Source of the DNA: Methanothermobacter marburgensis str. Marburg
GTDB lineage: Archaea; Methanobacteriota; Methanobacteria; Methanobacteriales; Methanothermobacteraceae
Assembly (NCBI RefSeq): GCF_000145295.1
Contig: NC_014408.1
Span: forward strand, 1,284,170-1,308,169
Length of the DNA: 24,000 nucleotides
Direction: 5' to 3'
Part shown: positions 17,802-24,000 of the stretch, one piece after another
How positions within the stretch are numbered: position 1 is the stretch's first letter
Layout: every line of letters begins with the position of its first letter
Made by a program: the position numbers and the translations under genes
Notes under the pieces: model-generated
The model's database searches: none
The model's input: the letters and a program-made list of their open reading frames with translations, nothing else
Told to the model about the DNA's origin: nothing

Positions 17802-18536
17802 ATGGGGACATTCATGAGGCTGGCAACTTTTCTGATAATTGCAGGCATGTTCATAGTGTCGCTCTACGCCCTTCTTGAGGTGAGTTTCTATTCCTCACAG
17901 GTAATTGTTCAGAACCCTGACATCAGGGCTCCGGTCATTGAGATACCATCCATTAACCTTGAGGAGACCATCAACAACCGATCCGTTTTCTATGGAGTCT
18001 ACCATGAACCCATGTCCTACCTCCCTGGTAACAGAACCGTCATACTCTTCGGACACAGGACACTCTACGGCTCACCCTTCCTGAACCTTGATAAGTTGAA
18101 GCCGGGGGATGAGGTCAACCTTAACTGGCCAGGGGTTGGCCTTGCGACTTACAGGGTTAATCGATCATTCATCGTGCCAGCATCCTACCAGATATCCGTG
18201 AATCAGGGGGCGAGGCTATTTCTCATCACATGCCACCCCCTTGGATCAACAAGGGAGAGACTGATAGTTGAGTGTAAACTTGAAGGCATAAAGCCCTACC
18301 AGAGAAACCTCAAGGTTGAGAACCCCAAGAGGTACTATGCGCTACTCATAATACTCGGATTCCTTGGGGCTGGTCTTCTGATCACCAGACTCTATCCTGT
18401 TTATGAAGATAGGAGACTTCTCCTTGCAGCGGTAATCAGCCTCACACTCTTCCTGCTGCTGGGTTACATCTTCCCGATCCCCCCAGAGTTCATATCAGAG
18501 AAACTCATTGAATTCAACAGCATATTTGGACTTTAG
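17802..18536 (+). CDS. Sortase-family cysteine transpeptidase, membrane-anchored (N-terminal TM plus two C-terminal TM helices)
   Basis: The sequence aligns by eye to SrtA: VIEIPSINLEE, ILFGH(85)RT...F.NLDKLKPGDEV, RLFLITC(144)HP and TRER(151/153)LIV. This gives the His-Cys-Arg triad in canonical order and spacing. Confidence 0.8.
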   Translation: MGTFMRLATFLIIAGMFIVSLYALLEVSFYSSQVIVQNPDIRAPVIEIPSINLEETINNRSVFYGVYHEPMSYLPGNRTVILFGHRTLYGSPFLNLDKLKPGDEVNLNWPGVGLATYRVNRSFIVPASYQISVNQGARLFLITCHPLGSTRERLIVECKLEGIKPYQRNLKVENPKRYYALLIILGFLGAGLLITRLYPVYEDRRLLLAAVISLTLFLLLGYIFPIPPEFISEKLIEFNSIFGL

Positions 18537-18556
18537 TGAAGCTTAAGGTGTTTAAA

Positions 18557-18922
18557 ATGAGAGAACCTGGAGAAGAGTACTTTTCAAATCTGTCAGACAG
18601 GGAAAGGGCCATATTTGAGGGCGGCATAAGTATGGGTGCCCTCTTCCACCAGTTCGTTGGAACCCCTGTTAACCTTGAAACCGTTGAAGTCCTTGAGGGT
18701 GCAATTGCCGAATCAATAAAGCTCCAGCCGGCAATCAGGGATGCAGAGGTCCATATAGACAGAGGCATGGTAAGGGAGGCTGCTGGAGAATTTGGTTATG
18801 TCTCCCTCACCGGTGAGATGCTAAGGGTGAGGTTAGACGTTGAATATGGTTCATCAAGGATAACGATCTGCCTCGAGTACCTCGATGAACTGAGGTATCC
18901 CCTCATGTATGTGAAGGATTGA
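18557..18922 (+). CDS. mptD: Small conserved archaeal protein resembling MptD-type dihydroneopterin aldolase (COG2098)
   Basis: The motif is SDRERAIFEGGISMGALFHQFVGTPV. The spacing of its Glu, His (+10) and Gln (+36) matches what I recall for MJ0408. ATG 18557 is preceded by AAGGTG at 18545-18550; the ORF opens at GTG 18536. Confidence 0.5.
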   Translation: MREPGEEYFSNLSDRERAIFEGGISMGALFHQFVGTPVNLETVEVLEGAIAESIKLQPAIRDAEVHIDRGMVREAAGEFGYVSLTGEMLRVRLDVEYGSSRITICLEYLDELRYPLMYVKD

Positions 18923-18988
18923 TGTTGTAATGGCTGCGAATCTGCATCCAGCTGCATGAGGTGTCCCTCATGTATATAAAGGATTGAT
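18866..18988 (+). repeat. Decayed direct duplication of the last ~58 bp of the mptD-like gene (18866-18923) copied downstream (18937-18988)
   Basis: The core ccctcatgtatgtgaaggattgat (18900-18923) matches ccctcatgtatataaaggattgat (18965-18988) at 22/24. The flanking tgaggt and cga(a)tctgc.tc.ag segments also align, with indels. Confidence 0.8.
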
Positions 18989-19039
18989 AGTGAAACTTCA
19001 GGGTCCGCACTGATGGACCAAAAAATCTATCTTGATTAA

Positions 19040-19049
19040 TTATTTAAAT
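19040..19049 (+). promoter_or_regulatory. Candidate TATA box for the korDABC-sucC operon
   Basis: TTATTTAAAT lies in an AT-rich stretch 44-53 nt upstream of the korD ATG at 19093. Confidence 0.3.
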
Positions 19050-19092
19050 TCTGAAAGCAAAGCTATGATAAGAACATTGATGGAAGATTACC

Positions 19093-19296
19093 ATGATAAA
19101 GATAGATTCAGATCTCTGTAAGGGATGTGACATATGCAGGGAGTTCTGCCCTGAAGGTGTCTATGTCAGGTCAGAGGAACTCAACAGGAAGGGAGTGCAT
19201 GAACCCATCCCTAAAAATCTGGATAAATGTACGGGATGCAAGATATGCATGCTGATGTGTCCTGATCAGGCGATAGTGGTGTATGACGATGACTGA
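19093..19296 (+). CDS. korD: 2-oxoglutarate:ferredoxin oxidoreductase delta subunit (2x[4Fe-4S] ferredoxin)
   Basis: This 67-aa protein has two CxxCxxCxxxCP motifs (CKGCDICREFCP and CTGCKICMLMCP). It is the first gene of the 2-oxoacid oxidoreductase operon. Confidence 0.85.
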   Translation: MIKIDSDLCKGCDICREFCPEGVYVRSEELNRKGVHEPIPKNLDKCTGCKICMLMCPDQAIVVYDDD

Positions 19297-20416
19297 GGAG
19301 TACTTTATTCAGGGAAACGATGCCTGCGCCCGTGGTGCCATAAGTGCCGGCTGCAGGTTCTTTGCAGGTTATCCCATCACACCATCAACAGAGATAGCTG
19401 AAGAAATGGCTGTTCTCCTTCCAGGGGAAGGTGGAGTCTTTGTTCAGATGGAGGATGAGATAGGTGCCCTCGGGGCAGTTATAGGTGCTGTGTGGGGTGG
19501 TGTTAAGGGAATGACCGCCACCTCAGGGCCGGGCTTTTCCCTCATGCAGGAACATGTGGGATACGCTGCCATGACAGAAACCCCCCTTGTGATCGTTGAT
19601 GTCCAGAGGGGTTCACCCTCAACAGGACAGCCAACAATGGCATCCCAGAGTGATATGATGCAGGCACGGTGGGGTTCACATGGGGACTATGAAATAATAG
19701 CCCTCTCACCATCCTCTGTGCAGGAGTGCTTCGATTTCACTGTGAGGGCATTCAACCTTGCAGAGGAATACAGGGTGCCTGTGGTGGTCCTCAGCGACGA
19801 AATAGTTGGCCATATGAGGGAGAAGATAACCATACCCGACAAGGTGGAGATCAGAAAGAGAAAGTCGCCCACAAGTCCCCCCGGTGAGTTCATCCCATTC
19901 AAACCCCAGGGAGACTTCGTCCCTGAGATGCCAGCCTTTGGGGATGGTTACAGAGTACCTGTGACGGGACTCACGCATGATGAGAGGGGTTACCCTGATG
20001 CTTCAAACCCTGAGGGCCATGAGAAACTCGTGAAGAGACTCTGTGACAAGATACTGAATCACAGAGATAAAATAGTGGATGTCCAGAAGGGCTGGACAGA
20101 TGATGCAGATATAACAGTCATCTCATATGGTGCCCCCTCACGTTCAGTTGCAACCGCAGTTAAGATGGCAAGGTCCGAGGGTGTGAGGGCAGGTTACATC
20201 AAGATAAACACGCCATGGCCGTTCCCTGAGACTGAAATTCGGGAAGCCGCTGAATCATCAAGGAAGCTTCTGGTTGTTGAAATGAACCTGGGGCAGATGT
20301 TCTATGAGGTTCAGAGAGTTGCCTCAGGCATGGCCGAGGTGGAACTGCTTCCAAAGATTGGTGGTGAGATCCACCGCCCCGATGAGATCCTAAACAAGAT
20401 TATGGGGATGAAATGA
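19283..20416 (+). CDS. korA: 2-oxoglutarate:ferredoxin oxidoreductase alpha subunit
   Basis: This 377-aa protein carries GNDACARGAISAGCRFFAGYPITPSTEI and the pattern typical of OFOR alpha subunits. It overlaps korD by 14 nt. ATG 19289 is an alternative start. Confidence 0.88.
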   Translation: MTMTEEYFIQGNDACARGAISAGCRFFAGYPITPSTEIAEEMAVLLPGEGGVFVQMEDEIGALGAVIGAVWGGVKGMTATSGPGFSLMQEHVGYAAMTETPLVIVDVQRGSPSTGQPTMASQSDMMQARWGSHGDYEIIALSPSSVQECFDFTVRAFNLAEEYRVPVVVLSDEIVGHMREKITIPDKVEIRKRKSPTSPPGEFIPFKPQGDFVPEMPAFGDGYRVPVTGLTHDERGYPDASNPEGHEKLVKRLCDKILNHRDKIVDVQKGWTDDADITVISYGAPSRSVATAVKMARSEGVRAGYIKINTPWPFPETEIREAAESSRKLLVVEMNLGQMFYEVQRVASGMAEVELLPKIGGEIHRPDEILNKIMGMK

Positions 20417-20491
20417 AGGGTGCGCAGATGAATGTAAGAAACAAGCCCACCACTATAATGATGAAATGAAGGAGTGTCCAGATGAATGTAA
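20407..20491 (+). repeat. 53-bp tandem duplication of the korA-stop / korB-start junction
   Basis: gatgaaatgaagg (20407-20419 and 20460-20472) and cagatgaatgtaa (20425-20437 and 20479-20491) are each identical 13-mers. A 5/6-nt variable core separates them, and the tails have diverged. Confidence 0.9.
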
Positions 20492-21339
20492 AGGAAAACC
20501 CATACCTCAAGTACCTCAGAAGGGACAGGCTCCCCCACATATTCTGTGCAGGCTGCGGTAACGGGATAGTGCTCAACACTTTCTTTAAGGGCATGGAAAT
20601 GGCTGGAGTTGACTTTGACAGCATTGCAATGGTTTCAGGTATAGGCTGCTCATCAAGGATCCCTGGTTATGTTAAATGCGACTCGCTCCACACAACCCAT
20701 GGTCGGCCCATAGCCTTCGCAACCGGACTCAAACTTGCCAACCCCTCCCTGAATGTTGTGGTGTTCACAGGGGATGGTGACGCCGCAGCCATCGGCGGAA
20801 ACCATCTCATACATGGGGCAAGAAAGAATATTGACCTCACAGTGATCTGCATAAACAACAGCATATACGGAATGACCGGGGGGCAGATAAGCCCCACATC
20901 CCCGGAGGGGAGTTTCGGTACCACAGCCCCATACGGTGCACTTGAGGACCCATTTGATCTCTCTGAACTCGTCAGGGCCGCAGGTGCAAGTTACGTTGCA
21001 AGGTGGACAGCTGCCCACCCGCTGCAGCTTGCAAACTCCATAAAGAAGGGACTCAAGAACAGGGGTTTCTCATTCATAGAGGCTGTTTCACAGTGCCCAA
21101 CCTACTTCGGAAGAAAGAACAGGATGCGTTCCCCGGTTGAGATGATGAAATTCATGAAGGAAAACAGCATAAACCGGCGGAAAGCCCTCAAAATGGATCC
21201 CGAAGAGGTCGAGGGAAAACTCATCATCGGTGAATTTGCTGATGCCCCACGCCCTGAACTATGCGACAGGATCTATGGAATGATTGAAGAGAAATCAGGA
21301 AAAATTGATATAATCAAATCAGCCTACAGAGATGATTGA
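20482..21339 (+). CDS. korB: 2-oxoglutarate:ferredoxin oxidoreductase beta subunit (TPP-binding)
   Basis: This 285-aa protein carries CAGCGNGI, the SGIGCS cluster/TPP region and a GDGD..AIGGNH TPP motif. The RBS is AAGGAG at 20469-20474. Confidence 0.9.
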   Translation: MNVKENPYLKYLRRDRLPHIFCAGCGNGIVLNTFFKGMEMAGVDFDSIAMVSGIGCSSRIPGYVKCDSLHTTHGRPIAFATGLKLANPSLNVVVFTGDGDAAAIGGNHLIHGARKNIDLTVICINNSIYGMTGGQISPTSPEGSFGTTAPYGALEDPFDLSELVRAAGASYVARWTAAHPLQLANSIKKGLKNRGFSFIEAVSQCPTYFGRKNRMRSPVEMMKFMKENSINRRKALKMDPEEVEGKLIIGEFADAPRPELCDRIYGMIEEKSGKIDIIKSAYRDD

Positions 21340-21901
21340 AGTGAGGAAGGAAATCAGAATTGCTGGATTCGGTGGTCAGGGGGTCATACTTGCAGGAATA
21401 GTTCTGGGTAAAGCTGCAAGTTTATATGATGGCCTTTACGCTGTACAGACCCAGTCCTATGGACCCGAGGCAAGGGGTGGCGCCTCAAGGGCTGAGGTTG
21501 TTATAAGTGACGAGGAGATAGACTACCCCAAGGTCCAGAGCCCTGACATACTCGTTGCAATGTCACACCAGGCACTTCTGACCTACATGGATGATCTCAA
21601 AGCCGGCGGAACCCTCATCGTCGACCCTGACATGGTCATCGAGAATGAAATCCAGGACTTCGTGGAGGAGAGGAACATCAGTTACTTCCGTGCACCTGCC
21701 ACTAGGACAGCCGAGGAAAAGGTCGGTATAACCATCGTGGCCAATATGGTGATGATAGGGGCCCTCACAGAGGCCACCGGAGTTGTAAGTGTCAGGGCAG
21801 CTGAGGAGGCCATAAAGAACAGTGTGCCTCCAGGTACTGAGGAGAAGAACATCATGGCATTCCAGGCAGGTCGTGAACTCATCATGGAGGGACAGAAATG
21901 A
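21332..21901 (+). CDS. korC: 2-oxoglutarate:ferredoxin oxidoreductase gamma subunit
   Basis: This 189-aa protein has an IRIAGFGGQGVILAG motif followed by SYGPEARGG. It overlaps korB by 8 nt (ATGATTGA). Confidence 0.88.
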   Translation: MIEVRKEIRIAGFGGQGVILAGIVLGKAASLYDGLYAVQTQSYGPEARGGASRAEVVISDEEIDYPKVQSPDILVAMSHQALLTYMDDLKAGGTLIVDPDMVIENEIQDFVEERNISYFRAPATRTAEEKVGITIVANMVMIGALTEATGVVSVRAAEEAIKNSVPPGTEEKNIMAFQAGRELIMEGQK

Positions 21902-22998
21902 AGTTTTACGAGTACAGCGCCAAGGAACTCTTCAGGAGTGAGGGCATACCCGTCCCAGAGGGATCCGTTGCCAGGACCCCCCAGGAGGCATCGGAGGTCG
22001 CTGAGAATATTGACTCAGAGGTGGCCATTAAGGCACAGGTCCTAACCGGTGGCCGGGGAAAGGCGGGGGGTATAAGATTTGCAAAACCAGAAACTGCGGC
22101 TGATGTTGCTTCTGATCTCCTCGCATCCCGGGTTAAGGGTGAGGAGGTTAAATCTGTCCTGGTTGAAAGGAAGATTTCCATCGACAGGGAATTCTATGTG
22201 AGCGTCGTTATTGATAGGGCGGCCAGGATGCCCCTTATAATGGCAAGCAGTGAGGGCGGGGTTGATATTGAGGAGCTTGCAGCAGAATCCCCCGATAAGA
22301 TAGTGCGTTACCATGTAAACCCCCTTGACGAGTTCCTCCCCTACGAGGCAAGGGAGATCGCAAGGAAGATGGGTCTTGAAAGTGAACTCATACCAAAGGT
22401 GGGGGCTGTGATATGGAAGCTCTACCATCTCTTCAGGAAGTACGATGCGAGGCTTGCCGAGATAAACCCTCTTGTACTTTCAGGTGATGATGTTATTGCA
22501 GCAGATGCAAAGCTTGAGGTGGATGATGACTCCATCTACCGTCACCGTGAATTCATGGAACTGGATGAGTATGAACCGGAGGAATTCGCCTTTGTTAAAC
22601 TTGACGGTGATATTGCAGTGATAGGGAATGGTGCTGGCCTTACCCTCACCGCCATGGACCTCATAAAACTGAAGGGGGGTGAACCCGCCACCTTCCTTGA
22701 TATAGGTGGTGGTGCCTCAGAGGACATCATAAGGAGGGCCATAAACCTGGTAATATCCCACCCTGATGTGAAGGTGGTGTTCCTGAATGTGCTTGGCGGT
22801 ATAACAAGGGCAGATGATGTTGCAAGGGGTGTTGTGAATGCCCTGAAGGATGCCGAGAGGGATGTGCCCCTTGTAATAAGGCTCACAGGAACCAATGAGG
22901 AGGAGGGTCAGAGGATACTCAAGGATGCGGGGATTCCCTTTGAGACTTCCCTTGAGAGGGCCGCTGAGAAGGCTGTTGAAATATCAAAGGCCCTCTGA
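21898..22998 (+). CDS. sucC: Succinyl-CoA synthetase beta subunit (ATP-grasp)
   Basis: This 366-aa protein carries MKFYEYSAKELF, KAQVLTGGRGKAGG and a C-terminal GNGAGL..AMD / NVLGGITR motif. Its ATGA overlaps the korC stop. Confidence 0.9.
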   Translation: MKFYEYSAKELFRSEGIPVPEGSVARTPQEASEVAENIDSEVAIKAQVLTGGRGKAGGIRFAKPETAADVASDLLASRVKGEEVKSVLVERKISIDREFYVSVVIDRAARMPLIMASSEGGVDIEELAAESPDKIVRYHVNPLDEFLPYEAREIARKMGLESELIPKVGAVIWKLYHLFRKYDARLAEINPLVLSGDDVIAADAKLEVDDDSIYRHREFMELDEYEPEEFAFVKLDGDIAVIGNGAGLTLTAMDLIKLKGGEPATFLDIGGGASEDIIRRAINLVISHPDVKVVFLNVLGGITRADDVARGVVNALKDAERDVPLVIRLTGTNEEEGQRILKDAGIPFETSLERAAEKAVEISKAL

Positions 22999-23066
22999 AA
23001 GAATATTTAATTTTTCATGACCAGGCTGCAATATTCAGATACACCATCTAATTTAATTTCCATGAG

Positions 23067-23576
23067 CTACTGCTCCAGGGCATCTATGAGTTCATCGAGC
23101 CATCTGAGCCATTCTGTGTACTTCATGCTGGGGTATGAGATGTCTGCATTTGGATGCATGTACCTGCAGAGGGTCACTGTTTTAAGGTGTGGTGCAAAGG
23201 CCTTGAGGGTTGAAAGGCCCTGTGAACCTATGTAATATGGGACACCTATGAAGCATACAAGGTCATAGTTGCCATTTCCATCGAAGCCCTCCCAGTCAGG
23301 ATTTTTGAGGTTGTTTACAAGTTCGATTACCCCTATTATGTTTTTTCTTTCCAGTTTAGTTAACCTGAGACCTGATCCTCCGGTTAGGGCAACCTCCATT
23401 TTCCCTTTTTTTATTATTTTAACTATCCTATCCACTATATCTTGTGGAAGGTCATTTAACAGCGACCCTACCACCATGAGTGGTCTTTCAGACTTTTTTA
23501 TGGCCGATGCAACCATTTCAGGGGGCATGACGGTTGCATTCCTTATTGATGTTAGAGCTGGGTTCCATGCGGTCAT
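23067..23576 (-). CDS. cdhB: CO dehydrogenase/acetyl-CoA synthase (ACDS) epsilon subunit
   Basis: This 169-aa protein carries PEMVASAIKKSERPLMVVG, NPDWEGFDGNGNYD and LDELIDAL. These match the CdhB pattern (PEMAAKLISKAKRPLLMVG, DPKWPGLDGNGNYD, LDELINAL in Methanosarcina). Confidence 0.85.
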   Translation of the reverse strand: MTAWNPALTSIRNATVMPPEMVASAIKKSERPLMVVGSLLNDLPQDIVDRIVKIIKKGKMEVALTGGSGLRLTKLERKNIIGVIELVNNLKNPDWEGFDGNGNYDLVCFIGVPYYIGSQGLSTLKAFAPHLKTVTLCRYMHPNADISYPSMKYTEWLRWLDELIDALEQ

Positions 23577-23639
23577 GCTTTCACAACATTTAAATACTTC
23601 CTTTACAATTATAATGATTAATAATGATATTTATAGTTG

Positions 23640-24000
23640 ATGGCATATGGTGACAGCATGCCCAGAGCATCAAAGGATATAATAAATGTTAAGGGATTTC
23701 ACCTTGAATTCGGTGAAATTGACGAATACCTCAAAAGAAAATCATGTGAGAGTAAGAGGGTATCTGTGGATTACGATGAGCTTAGAAAATGGGACCTTAA
23801 TCTCCTATCCTATTTCAAGCCATTCTATGCACCCCTCTGTGACCTATGCTGCATGTGCACCTACGGCAAATGCGACCTTCTAGGTAAGAAGGGTGCCTGC
23901 GGTATAAACCTCGAGAAACAGCAGGCAAGGGAGGCCCTATCAACTGCAGTTATAGGTGCATCGGCCCATGCAGCCCATGCAAGGCACCTCGTTGACACCC
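23640..24000 (+). CDS. cdhA: CO dehydrogenase/acetyl-CoA synthase alpha subunit, N-terminal part only (runs off the window)
   Basis: The frame is open from the in-frame stop at 23634 to base 24000, and the ORF track does not list it. The translation ...RKWDLNLLSYFKPFYAPLCDLCCMCTYGKCDLLGKKGACGI...HAAHARHLVDT matches the CdhA N-terminal Cys cluster region. The start is ATG 23640, or ATG 23658 (GGTGA at 23649-23653). Confidence 0.85.
   Translation, partial: MAYGDSMPRASKDIINVKGFHLEFGEIDEYLKRKSCESKRVSVDYDELRKWDLNLLSYFKPFYAPLCDLCCMCTYGKCDLLGKKGACGINLEKQQAREALSTAVIGASAHAAHARHLVDT

Noticed and set aside
16842-17816. Similar 5' ends of the substrate and sortase ORFs (GTGGGGATGTTTATGAAA for MGMFMK versus ATGGGGACATTCATGAGG for MGTFMR)
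   Set aside because: The match covers only about 14 of 19 nt. It probably just reflects alternative start codons before signal or TM segments, which is not enough to call a duplicated element.
1-24000. Mobile elements, prophage, defence islands, tRNA/rRNA genes
   Set aside because: There are no transposase, integrase or Cas-like ORFs, no terminal inverted repeats, and no tRNA-like cloverleaf or GTTCGAATC-type T-arm in the intergenic regions. Composition is uniform, so the window reads as core chromosome.

Overview
The window is a densely packed chromosomal segment from a hydrogenotrophic methanogen. Gene content and protein sequences point to Methanobacteriales, most likely Methanothermobacter. 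I call 29 protein genes, two of them cut by the window edges. I see no rRNA, tRNA, CRISPR array, transposase or integrase. A + strand nfo fragment and an AAA+ ATPase gene sit at 1-1927. A long minus-strand gene string then runs from 13829 down to 2194. It carries mreB with an unknown coupled partner, rnhB, an archaeal exbB-exbD pair, purO, F420 and riboflavin genes (cofE, cofD, arfA), a Dus-like flavoprotein, the MCR activation ATPase atwA, a methanogen-specific Cys-rich protein, sirC and hemA. From 14092 the + strand carries psd-pssA (archaetidylserine/-ethanolamine synthesis). These are followed directly by a CpaB-like bitopic membrane protein, a secreted protein with a C-terminal sorting signal, and a classical sortase. 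After those come an mptD-like gene, korDABC-sucC, and a divergent cdhB/cdhA pair at the right edge. The most interesting candidate is the psd-pssA / CpaB-like / substrate / sortase cluster. It suggests sortase-mediated anchoring of a surface protein to an amine-bearing archaeal lipid, or to pseudomurein. Other points worth a second look are the MreB partner gene, the archaeal ExbBD pair with a novel C-terminal domain, and a 50-bp tandem repeat array between convergent genes. A duplicated 19-bp leader motif with uORFs and two decayed micro-duplications at gene boundaries also deserve a look. All identifications rest on reading the translations by eye, because no database search could be run.
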